Shown: positions 37,585-50,467, counted from the whole stretch's first letter. The stretch: DNA of 63,609 nucleotides, filler included, from Cercozoa sp. M6MM (GCA_040357565.1; 10 parts of 10 records of this genome joined end to end with filler, not necessarily neighbours in it), one strand, 5' to 3'. Numbers and translations are program-made. The notes: generated from the sequence alone by a model not told the origin.

Positions 37585-39190
37585 CACACACAGGTGCAGA
37601 CACCGAAAAAGTGCTGTACGTGGTGACAGACGGAGACGGGCTCCTGCTGCATCCGCAGGTCGACCAGTGTGCCGACACATTGCTCCGCGTCTACTTCCTC
37701 CTCATACACAGTGTGTACTGGCGGTACGGCACGACCTTGATTCGACACATGCCACGACGTTGTGGTATCCAATTGCTGTAGACAACACACACACACACAC
37801 CTCACGGCGATGCACAAGATAGTCACAGTCCAGGAGCAAGCACCTCATTCAGGTCAATGTCGTTGGTGTCCATGAGAACATCGCTGCTGCCACTGTCACC
37901 AGCACTACTCAACGTCGACGTTGATGACACACTTGACGAGCCGGCCTTGCTGGAGGTATGCTGACAGTACGCTCGCGGCAGCAGCATCTTGCTCACGCAC
38001 TGTTGCAGATATTCAAGTGTGAACAACAGTGGCTGCAAATGAGTATCGAAAGCAGTGCACATGAGATAAGTTTACGTTGGAGCACGCCATCTCGCCGCAG
38101 AGTCGACAGTGGTGCCGCGAGCGAATGCGGCCAAAACTCCTGTATATAAATAACTTGAATGTCTGTGACACCGTTTAAAAGGTAAAAATAAATTTACAAG
38201 CCAAACGATGAGCCACATGTGATGCACTGCGAGTACGCAGACTTGGCGGCAAAATCAGGCGGAAACACCAGCAGGTATCGCTCCTTCGTCTCTTTCATGT
38301 CAATGAACACACTGACCTGCCAACGTACTGATAGTAAACTGAGACATGTACATGATAAATACTGCTTTCAGGCAAGTGCACCTGGCGAGGTCGAGCACAG
38401 ATCCACGCGATTGGAGAATTGGGCGACAGTCGACGCAACAAGCAGCTGTCACGACACCCGAAACACACAGGCACAGGGCGTCCTACGCTCTTTCTGCAGC
38501 CACGCAATGCACACCGTGTATTTACAATACGGATACAGTATCATGCACTCGCATGCCCACACATTGTAGAAGTTTACCGACGGCGGCAATGCGTACTCGG
38601 CACGAGATGCAGCGCTGGAGCACAGCGATCGCAAAACACGTGTCCGCACAAGCGACAGTTATGCGACGTACTCCACTTGAGTGCATTCTTGGCAGCTGCG
38701 CGACAGAGAAAAGTTTCACCGTGACTGTACAGACACTAAACTTAGTGTACCTTGCGGGCTGAGACGCTCCTTCCGGGCATGCTGTCTGGCAAACTTGCCT
38801 AGGGGCGCCTTGCAGTGATGACAGGTCTACCAGGAGCAGTAATTTAAAGGTACAAGGAACGAATGTGACTAAATTCTGTTTGTTGAAACGTGTTTACAGC
38901 AGCGTTTTTCTTCTCGTCAAAGCCAGGGGGTTTCGTAAACACGTACTGCAGGATCAGATGCCGTCGCTCGTACTGCGACAGCTCGCCAAAGGACAAGAGC
39001 TTCATTCGGGATCAGCCTGCACACATCACGCACTATCATCTTGCTCGGCAAACGCGTTTTGGACCGGTGGGGTATTTCCATCTTCCACGAGTTGTAGAAA
39101 GTACCGTTGCTTAAAGCTAACGAGCCTGAACACACGTAGGCTTGACGCAGCACTGTACGCAGAGATATTTCGTACGGCTGGCAGATAATC
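37585..39190 (-). CDS. Hypothetical multi-exon protein, 3' truncated
   Basis: Exon-like frames (LQPLLFTLEYLQQC, VYEEEVDAEQC) with GT-AG introns; family not recognised. Confidence 0.4.
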
Positions 39191-39462
39191 ACAAGCCAAA
39201 CACGTGACTGTGATCAGTGACTTGATCAGTTTCGATCACGTGCAATTCCCCAGTGCACAATAGCCGGCCAGTGAGCGATCTGAAACGAATCTGACTTGTA
39301 CGCACTTCCGTGCTTGTCCTGCACGTGTCAGATACCTCACAGGAGAAACCGAGAGTGCACCTACCCTCTCGCGGTCAATAGGTGGCGATTGGTTGATATT
39401 CCGGAGTCAAAAACGTCACCAGTCACGTCGGAAATAGTATCATCTTGATCGTCCATGTGAAA

Positions 39463-40233
39463 ACGGCAACTCGGCTGCACTTGTTGCTGATGTTTGTCAG
39501 TGAAAGAGAACTAAACACAGTAAAAGAAGAAAGTCGTAGACGGAATCGTCCGCCACGGGGGAAATCAAGTATAAAAACCCCTTATTTGTAGAGGTGATGT
39601 ACAGACTGCAGAGAAACTGACCATTTGATGCCAAATAAATGATGTTGTCTCTTTTGCCTCTTCTTTTAACTTCAATGTTACAGACTGACTCAGATTATGC
39701 AGTCTCCGCGGGGATAAACCCAGACAGACCAGTTGGTCTCCCATCATTGAAGCAAAAGAGAAAGAAGAGTTAAGAGTTTGTGGCTCTACGGTACTACTGC
39801 CCATAGAGCTGTGACTGGACCTGTCTGAAAGCCTGTCCTGTAGATTGAGCCTGCCAGTTGGCAAAGAGAAAACCTCATCTACTTGGCATCAGCTGGTCAG
39901 TTGCTCTGCAGTTTGTACTGATATCCACCTCTACAAGTAAGCATTGGCTGCTGTAGAGAGAAGGGGTTTTCTTGTTAAATCTTCTCACGATTTTCCCCGT
40001 GACGGAAGTTTCCGTCTACAACTCCGTCTAGTTTGACGTAAGAACCCAGTTGGGGTAATTCTTCACTTCGCTTCTTCAAACTAAATCATCTGATTTCCTC
40101 GCTTCGTCTAATCGAATTGACGACTTACTTCTTTTATTTAGTTCTTTTCACTGACAACCGTCAGTAACATCAATGATAGTAGACCAACTGCCGTGGTCGG
40201 CTGGGTTCATCCCGCGGAGACTACATTATCTGA
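39463..40233. repeat. Complex inverted duplication (two related Y-X-Y units tail to tail)
   Basis: 39481-39658 matches the reverse complement of 39860-40168 (with indels); 39689-39750 matches the reverse complement of 40169-40233. Confidence 0.85.
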
Positions 40234-40473
40234 GCTGATGTGAAGGCCGAATTCGATCGAATTTGAAAGTAGCTTGCAGCAGCCTCCAGTCCGTGTTCAT
40301 CGGGTGCCAGCGTTGAAGAAACAAAAGTGGCGCGTGTGTTGCGGGGATGGCCGATTACGCTCGCGGCAACGCGGCGACAGGACGACGCGCAGCGTGCGTA
40401 GAGCAAAGTGGTCGGACCGAAAGTGACAGACACAGGCACGGCGACATCGGCAGCGACAGCGACAGTGCAGTAG

Positions 40474-40554
40474 TCAACAGATGAGACAGCAGCCTTGCGA
40501 CGCCGGCTAATACACATACGTACACTCTATACATATACATATACATATACATAA

Positions 40555-40585
<31 letters not shown>

Positions 40586-41125
40586 CATAAATAAATATAT
40601 ATATATATATATATATACATATAAATGCATGTGTCATGGAGACAGGCCAAACGGTACCTTGTAGCGCTCGATCCAGTCGAGCTGTCGCGCGTTGATGGCG
40701 CCGCGTCGCTTGGACCGGATGAGAGCGACGGCGTCGAACGGGTCCATGTTGCACAACTCGATGAGCGCGATGGCCACCAGCACGGGCGCGCGCCCCAGGC
40801 CAGCCACGCAGTGCACGGCGATGGCGCGCTCCTCCTTGCCGTGCGCGCCGAACTCGTCGCGCACCAGCGACATGAAGTCCTCGATTACCTCGGGCGGCGG
40901 CGGCGAGCCGTCGTCGAACGCCATCTCGCGCACGTCGACGCCCTCGCGCTTCAGCGGCTCGGTCGAGTAGGACGGCTCGCACGCGCGCACCACTGTGTGC
41001 ACGCCGTAGCGCTTCATCTCGGCCAAGTAGGCCGGCAGGTTCGTGTCCGTCGGCGCGTCCATGATCAAGAAACGGCACGGCTTGCGCTCGATGAAGCTCG
41101 GCGGGTTGCTCAGTACGTGCGCCAT
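40474..41125 (-). CDS. PTP4A: PRL (phosphatase of regenerating liver) family phosphatase
   Basis: [46 protein letters not shown]; last exon [10 protein letters not shown] gives a CaaX box after a TA-rich intron. Confidence 0.96.
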
Positions 41126-41743
41126 CTTGGTTACTCTGCCTTTGCTTTCTCTGTGTCTTCTTTTCTGTCTTGCTCTTTACTGCCTTTTGCGGGGACTTTG
41201 ATTTTCTCCTTGTCTGCCTGTGCACAACAAGAATTCACGCCACACAAAGCAACAACACCAGCACAAACTTTCCGTAGCCACAAAACCCAAACACGCTGGC
41301 AAAGCAACCCACAGGAATCCACTAGACAGAGAGCGCGCTCAGCACTACGCTACGTTCGCGGGACAACGCACCTGCTTATGGGTTCAAGCCTGCGGTTGTT
41401 TTTAGAAAGTAGTCGGGGCGAATCATTCACTTCGGCCGGGGCGCCTTTGGCGGTGCCTACACAGGACTCCACTATTGAGCACACTCAGCAGCCTACAGTA
41501 GACGACCCTGCGCCGGTGTCGTTGGAAACTGTGAGCCACAACAACATGAGACTGAGCCGACAGCAGAGTAATGCGCCCAGGCAGCAGTTGTAAGGCAACA
41601 CAGAAGTGTGCGTTTATAGACAGTGTTCAATAAGTCGTATTTAGCGCGTTTTTTCGCTGTCTTTCTTCGTATTTTGCTGCCAAAAAAAATACAGCAGTGT
41701 CTTGTGGGGTCTTTGCTGGACGTCACGGTGTGTGGGTAGCAAA

Positions 41744-42093
41744 ATGAGCGACGAGGAGCACACAGCGCCCCCAGAGGGCGAGGAGCAAGCGAGCGGGCTG
41801 CCACCGCGCACCGACATGACTTTCGTCTATGCTGTAGAGATCTTTCTCTCTGTCATGTGTTGTGAAAGCGTTTGCTGAGATTGTCCTCGTGATTCAGGTG
41901 CTTGGTGTTGCTGCCGTCATTCTGCTGTCGCTTGCCGTACCTTATCTTGACACACCGGAATGTGTTGTCGGTTGGCAGATCGATCTTGGTTGGTGTTCAG
42001 GTGTACAAGCTAGTGGTGTCGTGGAGGCGCAACAAGACGTTGCATGCGATGCCTTCTGCCATGGAGGCAGCTGGCATCAAGAGTAGTTTTGAG
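41744..42093 (+). CDS. Hypothetical membrane protein, 3' truncated
   Basis: MSDEEHTAPPEGEEQ.. followed by hydrophobic exon VLGVAAVILLSLA. Confidence 0.4.
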
Positions 42094-42113
42094 GTACTTT
42101 ACTTCCACACACA

Positions 42114-42167
<54 letters not shown>

Positions 42168-42267
42168 NNNNNNNNNNNNNNNNNNNNNNNNNNNNNNNNN
42201 NNNNNNNNNNNTTAATTAATTAANNNNNNNNNNNNNNNNNNNNNNNNNNNNNNNNNNNNNNNNNNNN

Positions 42268-43772
42268 CGCAAGATGTGTGCATCGCCAACGTCGACGGGT
42301 CAGTTGATTTTGCCGGAGTCTCTCAAGCTGCTGCCGATGTACACTTTGGCGATGCTCAAGTCGCCTCTGTTCGCGCGGCAGTGTCCCGGTGGTTGCTTTG
42401 CCCCCTACCCCCTTGGCCCCTACCCCTTGCGCCCACCCCCTTGCCCCCTACCCCTTTACCCCCTACCCCTTGCCCCCACCCCTCTTAGGAAACGACGCCC
42501 GTGCGGCACTGTGTCACCGCGCCTTGTCGATGACAGTGTCAGAGACTACGACCCAGGTGAGTCCAGCACACGTGTGTGTGTGTCCTACCAGTGTGTTAAG
42601 GGAGTGTCGGTGTGTCTGTGTGTACAGGTGTATCCCAAGATGTACGCACTACACGAACTGCAAGGCAATGTACTTTCGCCCTTCCCTACCCTCTTGCTTC
42701 CTACCCTTTCCCCTACCCCTTGCTACTTACCCCTACCCTACCCCTTGCCCCTACCCTACCCTACCCTACCCCTTGCCCCTACCCCTACTCTACCCAGGAG
42801 GCGACGATGGCGCCCGTGTTCCGCAGCGAGGACGGCGGCAGCAGTGCCTCGTCGACGCAGGTGCAGTACCTGGTGCTGCCCAAGTGTCACTCGCTGTCAC
42901 TCAAGCACATGCCTGCCGCCGGTGTCTTCCTCATCGACTCTGGCGTATCACTCCTCTCTCAGTCACCTCTTGACACGTGTCTCACTGACTCACTGACTCA
43001 CTGACTCACTGACTCACTGACTGAGTGGCACGTGTGTGTATGTGGCATGTGCGCAGTCGCGACTGATCCTGGTGCTGCGGCAGGAGAGCGCGCAACAGTC
43101 GCCGCTGCTCCTGGCGCTCTTTGGACCCGAGCAGGCGCAACTCCTGGTCTTACCCCCCCCCCCCTACCCCCTACCTTTACCCCTACCCCCTTCCCTTACC
43201 CACCCACCTTTACTCCACCTCACGCAGTTCCAAAACGCGCACGACACGGGCGTGGCCGAACTGGCCGATGCCACCGAGGAGGACTACGCTGAGATGGTAG
43301 TGCTTACCCCTTTACCCCTTTACCCCCTTTTGCCCCGGTAGGGCCCCCCCCCCTACCTCCTCCGTCTGGGCACAGAATGTGAGAGCGCGCGTGTCGCTGC
43401 TGGTGCAGAAGCTGCGCGAGGAGAAGGTACTCTTCCTCCCCCCCCCCCCCCACCCTCTCTTACCCTCCCCACACCCTGGTATCAGTCGACGTGGGCGCCT
43501 CTGTCGGTGGTGGTGGAGCAGCACGGCGGTCCCTCGTGGCAGCACCTGCGCAGCATGCTCATCGATGACAGGTAGCCTCTCCCGCTCTATATACGTATGT
43601 CTATATATACATGAATGTCTATATATATCTGTATATATGTATATGTATATATGTATATATGTCGGTATATTTGTATACTACAGTGACAAGACGGCGGTGT
43701 CGAGAGGTGCCAACGCGGCTGCCAAGCCGCTGCACGCCATGAGCTACGTACGCTGTGTTTCTGGACACATAC

Positions 43773-43824
<52 letters not shown>

Positions 43825-43888
43825 CCGGTAGGTGGACTTCCTGTGTCACGTGCATCGACGCATCCAGGACAAGTTCCTGTCCAGCTAA
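42268..43888 (+). CDS. SEC24: COPII cargo adaptor Sec24, C-terminal part
   Basis: GQLILPESLKLLPMYTLAMLKS, VYPKMYALH, GVFLIDSG, MSYVDFLCHVHRRIQ. Confidence 0.93.
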
Positions 43889-43900
43889 CTACGGTGCTAG

Positions 43901-44066
43901 TAGTTCGTTAGTTGAGTCTTCTAGGAAACCAACTATGTAGTTCCCCTGCACCAGTCTGGGGTGGGTCGTAAGAGCATGGCCGCGTCTACCGCCCGCTTAG
44001 GGTAGGACCATACAACTCCCCTTTTGACGTTCCCCAGACACCGAAGTCGACTTCATGGTTGGTGCA
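43901..44066. repeat. Dispersed structured repeat, copy 2, with imperfect flanking duplication
   Basis: Near-identical to 15425-15591; actacgg/tgctagtagt present on both sides. Confidence 0.9.
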
Positions 44067-44117
44067 CTACGGCGCGGTGCTAGTAGTGGTTTGAGTCTCC
44101 GTCAGTTCAAGATGGCA

Positions 44118-44200
44118 ACCCCCCCCCCCCGTCGGGCAAAATAGTATATGAAGATAGCACATTTCACCCCCTGTGTGTGTTCTATAAATTAACTAGCCGT
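44118..44200. mobile_element. Degenerate relative of the 12199-12523 MITE
   Basis: gtcgggcaaaat..agtatatgaagatagcacatttcac..tctataaattaactagccgtg versus gtcgggtaaaat..agtatagcaagatagcacgtttcac..tctataaatacactagccgtg. Confidence 0.7.
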
Positions 44201-45546
44201 GGGTGCGTCGGCAGTCCCAAATCCCATGCTGAATAAACACGTTTTCACAGATTTGCGTCCTGGCTAATTAGACGCTGGACAGCTGTCACAGACCTTCGTG
44301 CAATGCAATATGCCCGTTGGTTTGGGCTCCAACAAACTTCTGAAATGGTTAAAATGGCTACGAAGGAACGCCCTCGGCAAATGAACACCCGCAATCGGTC
44401 GGATTCGCAGTCAGCGAATCGGCCGAGTCGACCGACAGCCACATCGACATGGCGATGACAGGACGCCGGGATGCTGACCCTCAAAGCTTCGAATGGCAGT
44501 ATTGACCGCACAGAAAAACAGCAATATGTGCAAAACATCAATGTAAATTATATATAAATTCAGTTCGCTTTCATTTCACTTTCGTTTTCGGTTTTCGTTG
44601 TGTTTCGTTTTCGCGTTTCGTGTTTGGTTCGTTGAGTTGCTGTGGTCTAGCGACGACGGCCATAATTTACATTGAGCTGCGTCGGAGGCAATCGGAGAGC
44701 ACAAACTGAGCCGGGGCGTCGAAGCAGTTCCATACGTTCCAAATACAGCGGCCCCTGGCACTACGCTTAGTGCACACACAGCTACGTAGTGTAAAACCGG
44801 CCAAAACACAGGATGCGGCTTTGGACAAAAACAAGTCGGCCGCAGAATGCCTATTTAGAGCATACGATAGCATTGGTAGAATGGAATGTTAACTGGTGTT
44901 ACATTAGGCAGGCTTAAACTTGCTCGCACACGACGTACTGCGAGAGCGAAAGCGAGAAATGTCGCTGCTCAGTGTCTGTGGTGGCACTGTTCTTCTTGGG
45001 ATCACTGTTTCCCGTCGACACTAATTTAGCGCATTTCGGCAACTCTGGCGTGCCTTGATCGTCACAATTCGTACATTAGCGGTCTGTACGCACGAAACCA
45101 TACCAAGCATTGTGGTTGGCGAGAGTCCTAGCGTCCTAAACCTTCGCAGAAACCGCCGGGTCAGTGTCCGCAGCAGCGTCAAGAAGACGGGTCAAAATGT
45201 GCACATGGACAACACGCCCAAACCACAACCGATTTGTGTTAGGATAGTCGTATAGGATAACTTCTGAGTTAACTAAGCGCCAGAACACGCCCGCCGACCG
45301 CGAGCGTCACGCCCCGAGGTGCGCGAGTTTTTTGTGTTCTGTTCTGAGTTTTGTTTCGTGGCGCGTTTTTTCGAGACGAACTCAAAACTTGCTTTGTTTG
45401 ACAGAAAAAGAGACTTTCAAACGAACGAAAACATGGTGCTTGCGATCTAGTCACTCCAGCTCGTGAATGTGTTTGAGTAGCTGATGACACGAACGCCGAC
45501 CCGCGGAACTTCAACGAATCCTGCCGGCCGGCACTACTACGCCACT

Positions 45547-48500
45547 ATGAAGGTAGTCCCTTCTGCTGATTGGGTCTTCCCTGCTATACTCTACTCGAGT
45601 TCTTGGACCGCTCGGCCATGAGTGCTACTTCCTCAAGTCCAATCGCTCATCATATCTGTGTGCTGTGGCAGTGGAAGACAAAACTTGCGTTGTCAAGGCG
45701 CCGAACGTGCGCTTCAGCCAACGCCGCGTGTGCGAGTATGCTTGCTTTTGTCTCTGCTTTCGCTCTGTTTACGTTTGGCGTGTCGTTGCACACACACCAC
45801 ACACACAGGGTGAATACCGCCGAGCACGAGAAATTCCAAGCGCACCTGACCGAGAAGGTGAGCGAGATGGTGCGAAGCGCCGAGGACGTGCGTGCTGCCC
45901 TCGTCGACCAGACCATTTCTCGCGATCACGTCCAGAAACTCATCGATAACTCTGTGAACTGTGCACGTCTTGTCGACGTGTGGTTCAAAGCACTCGAGCT
46001 CTTCAACCAGCAGTGGTACACTATGTCTCGGTTTGTGTTCATTCAGTTTTTCCGTATTCTCTCTATTTATGTGCAACAGGGACCGGGAACTCTGCCGAGC
46101 CGGTGCTCAGACGTCCGAGACGCTGAAACTCGAACTAGAGGCGACGCAAGCCGCCGAACGACTGGCCGCTGACGATTTGTCGTATCTCGTGTCCTTGTTG
46201 GGGTGCCCAGAATCATGGTGTATGATGCACGCGCGCGTGTGTTGTTGTGACAGGCGGCACACGGTCACACCTGTGGGCACTGTGCCCGTACTCGCCACCG
46301 GTGTCTTGCAAGGCGATCTGGAGACACGCGTGGCCTCTCTGCAACAGGTATTCGTTGTTGCTTCCTTGTGCGTGCATGGATTGTGTCTGACATGAGTGTG
46401 CCTGGGGCTTGTGCGTGCAGAACGACGTGCCTGTGGAACGTGTCGAAGTTGCTGTCCCCGACAACACGAGCACTGACACAGACAACACGAACACTGCGAT
46501 TGCCGTCGAGCGGGTGCGCGGCTGTTCGCTGCAACAACTCTTGGCCAACACGGCGCCATTCGGTATGTCCTCGTAGTACTTTGTTGGTGCGTGTGTGTGT
46601 GTGCGTGTGTGTGTGCATACTATGTACTGTGTGCTTGCAGCAAACGAGCAGGAAGTGAAGCGAGCCGCCCGAGCGACTGTGGCACTGATGACGCCGATCT
46701 GCCAACTGGTGAAGCGACTGCACGAGAACGAGATACTGCACAATGACATTGCGCCGGGCAATCTCATGTTCTCCTCGAGTGACGACACTGTCTGCGATCG
46801 CATAGAAGCATGCACCTCTCTCGGCGAGTTCTTTGAGCTGTTCCATCATCAGGTATACCAGTAGTCATATGCTGTGCATCAGCAATGCTGTGCTACTAAC
46901 GCTTGTCTTTACAGACGGAGTCAGGCAGCATTCATGCGACGCTCATAGACTACGGAGAAGCTTCCCTGAGCGGCCGCTCTCGTCTGCACCCAAAGGTGTG
47001 TGCATTGTGTTTGTCAATTTACTTGTGTCTACTTTGTGTGTGTGCATGTGTGAAGGGCTGCGAGGCAGCTCGTTTGCTGGCCAGTGGCGCACAGAGTGCC
47101 CGCGACTTGACGCACCGACTGCGACAGGCTCGACTCGACTATGAGTACACCAACATTGTACTGTATGCTGTGAGTGGTGCATGTCTGTCTGTGTGCTGCT
47201 AGTACTGACGAGGAGGACGCACTGCTGCGAATGTTGCGCGTGCTTCGCGAGCCATTCTCGTCGCACGAGCAGCCTTTGTGTAAACTTACTTGCTCTGTCC
47301 CAGTGGGATGTCTGATTGTGAGTGAGGGGCATGAAGTTGTGTGTGCTGCTGACACAGGCTTCACGCCGGGATACTGTGCCCCGGAGGCTGCTGCCCTCGG
47401 GCTTAGATCGGCCCTGTCCGACGGTTTCTCGATGGGTACCCTCCTCCTCCCCCTCCCCACTAAGTTATATCGAAACAAAAAAACAAGTGCAAGGTATATT
47501 GCTGTTGGGAATGCCGGTGGAGTGTTGCAGGAGCGGTGCTTCGATCGATGCTGTTCGGAGTGGGAGGAAGCCACTGCGGCGACTATGTTGAGCTGGCTGA
47601 TGAAGGTACTGTTCCTACTTATGGTATTGTATGTACGTTTGATGCTGTGTGTGCGCGCATAGACGAGGAACTGGGAGAACTGCGTCGCTGCGAGGAACTG
47701 CAGCTCTCAATGTGGGCACGACTCCTGCACGTGGACGGCGCCGGCACCTCAATCGAGGACGAGGTGGATGGCGTACGTTCACTGTCTCACTCTGTTGTAG
47801 TGTCAATGTGTGTGTGTGTGTGTGTGCGTGTGTGTGTGTGTGTGTGTGTGCATGTGCAATGATGCAGCTGTCGGAGTTCTGGCTGTGGCGACACGCCGTG
47901 CCTCGTGACAGCGTGGCTCTTCTGGAGGCAGAGGCACCGCAACTAGTGCGCGCACTGGAGAGTCTGCTGAACCCGCAGCCACTATGGCGGCACGGTGCAG
48001 GAAGTGCTGTCCCACCTTGAAGGGTACCGAATGCATGCTGTGTTTCCTTTCACCGCTGTGGCACGTCAATTTGTGCACAGAGCACTGAGTCACGCTGATA
48101 GCGACTTGGACAATGACGGTAGTTCACTTGCTGTCTACAGTGAGTGCTAACTGGCATGTGCGACATTGACAGACTCTGCCGACACGAGCACTGACGATGA
48201 CAGCAGTAGCAACGATGACAGTGCGCCTCGCTTTGGTGCCTCCGTCCCCTCTGTCCACTGTGTCCTTGTTGCCTTCCTTGATGGCCTGTGTGCCTCGCAG
48301 ACATCACCTCGAGCAGCGACAACCCTGGTACACTGGGCACTCTCGTTCCTGTGGCACACGATTCCCTGATCGGATGCCTCGATATTGTGCTATCTGTGGC
48401 GGGCAGTGCCGATCGTCTTGTCGGACGACGACCCCGAGAACGACCCGCTGCTCGCCAATCAACGTGCTGCCTCGGGTAGTTCACGCCACGCAGTCTCTGT

Positions 48501-48938
48501 AGGCATGCATGTGCATTGTGTGTGTTCCTGTTCTATGCGTGCATGTCTATGTGACAGTGGCGAGTGGCACTACGGTCACCCACGAGGTACACACTTAGAC
48601 ACACGCACACTTGTCTGTCGTCTCTCTCTCTCTCTCTGTTTGTATGCCCGTGTATGTGTGTAGATGGACGAGAACGAGGCTCGCTGGGGCGTTGCAGGAT
48701 CGGTGCACAGTGCGTTGTCTGAGTCTTCCTAGTTGCTGTTGCTGCTGCCTGGCAATGTGAGCTATTCTTGGTGTGCCACCAGACGACTGGGACGACGACC
48801 CGGAGGCTCCTGTGGCGGAGGCAGAGCCAGTGGCGCCGCGTGAGCAACAGCAAGGCGACGAGGTGCAGCCTGCCTCTTGGGTGGGTGGGTGGGTATGTGT
48901 GTGTCACAGGCTGGCTGGTCGGACATCGAGAACGACCA
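45547..48938 (+). CDS. Atypical protein kinase-like protein, 3' truncated
   Basis: ERVRGCSLQQLL, LHENEILHNDIAPGNLMF, LIDYG, GFTPGYCAPE, SDGFSM; start uncertain. Confidence 0.75.
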
Positions 48939-49097
48939 NNNNNNNNNNNNNNNNNNNNNNNNNNNNNNNNNNNNNNNNNNNNTTAATTAATTAANNNNNN
49001 NNNNNNNNNNNNNNNNNNNNNNNNNNNNNNNNNNNNNNTATATATATAGTTTTCTCTGTGCATATATGTATATATACAGTAAGATGGACATATGCAC

Positions 49098-49296
49098 CTG
49101 AATAAAGGAAGCACGCAGGCACTCCTGCGAACAGAAACGCGTTTGCTCCAGCGACTCGTCGCTCTTGGCGTCCTTCGCGCAGGCTGGGCAGGTCACCTGT
49201 CCACTTGTGTCTCCCATCGGACATTGGCCAAAACATCATCTGATATACGGGCTCATCGCCAAACGGCTTTGCGCAGCGAGGACACTGTTCCGCCAT
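49098..49296 (-). CDS. N-terminal C6H2-type zinc finger as in methionine aminopeptidase 1, truncated
   Basis: CPRC....VTCPACAK....FCSQECLRASF; catalytic domain not in window. Confidence 0.55.
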
Positions 49297-49441
49297 AAGA
49301 ACGCACAGTCAGGGCACAACTTTGGTGACAAGTGAGCGCTAATAGCGATAGTGTGGTCGAAATCGTACATTTGGACACAAAAATAAATAAAACATAACAA
49401 TGGCCCTGACAGCAAGCTAAGTGTGTGCTGGTAGTGAAACA

Positions 49442-50467
49442 ATGCGTAAACCACAGGTTACCGTCGACAGAAGCGCAGAGGCGCCAGCTTTGCTGCGATG
49501 CTTCTTGAGTGACGAGAAACACAACGAGTAAGTCGGACAAAATTGTGTTTTTTGCTTTTTCTTGTTTCTGGAGAGTGCTGTTGCTTCTGCGCAGCGACGC
49601 CGCTTTCGCCGACGGCGCGTTTCCGGAGCGAGAGGTGCGCGTGTACGCCTGGCGCAACTCGTCACTGCGCCACGTGACCCAGCGTGCGCCCCCCCCCCCC
49701 CGTCCAGGCATCTACTGAGTAATACCTTGCTTCTGCAGTGCTGCTGGCGGCGTCGAGTGAAGAAGCGAACGCGCTCTGCAAGTCACTCAACGTAGCTTTA
49801 CCCCTACCCTCTTTACCCCTCTCTCTCTTACCCCCCCCCCCCCCAGCTCGAGTTCGCCCTGGTGTCACCGGACGCAGAGGGCAAAATGACGCAGCGTGTC
49901 ATTGGTCAGGTACGTTGCTTCTCTGCACCTCTGTCTACATGTAAATATATACATATTCGTATACATATATACATATATACTATACATATAAACTATACAT
50001 ATATACTATATATATATACATAGATAAATCTTTGTGTGTACAGGTGAACACGCTCGGACCGAGAACGCCGACGGAGCGACAGACGCTGGAGAAACTCGGC
50101 TTCGTGTCGGGCGACCTGGTCGACGTGCGCATCGGAGTGCCGCCGCCGCGACGTCAGCCCGTCTCTGTCACGCGCAGTAGGACTACCCCCTACCTCAACC
50201 CACCTTCTTTATACCCCCCCCCCCCAGTGCTGGAGGCGGCCAAGAAGCGAGCCAACAAGACAACGACGACGCCGGCGGCAGCACCGACGGCGGCACCGTC
50301 GCGACACGAGCTGCGCGAGCGCGAGAAGAAGCGACGTGAGATCGACGGCGACTGGCGTGCTGGCAGTTCGTTTTGGGGGGGGGGGGGCGCCCTGTCCCAT
50401 CACAATGGTATTTAATATAGAGCGACTGCGCCCGGTGAAGCGTCAGCGCACCACGCGTCGTCACTAA
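49442..50467 (+). CDS. SAP18: Sin3/ASAP complex subunit SAP18
   Basis: VDRSAEAPALLRCF, EVRVYAWRNSSLRHVT, LEFALV, TLEKLGFVSGDLVDVRI, Arg-rich tail. Confidence 0.82.

Noticed and set aside
40231-40252. Hammerhead-like CTGATG..GGCCGAA
   Set aside because: Lacks the CUGANGA and GAAA cores and flanking stems.
44245-45450. Possible minus-strand gene with a HEAT-like LLDAAADTDP segment
   Set aside because: Could not build a consistent exon chain or assign a family.
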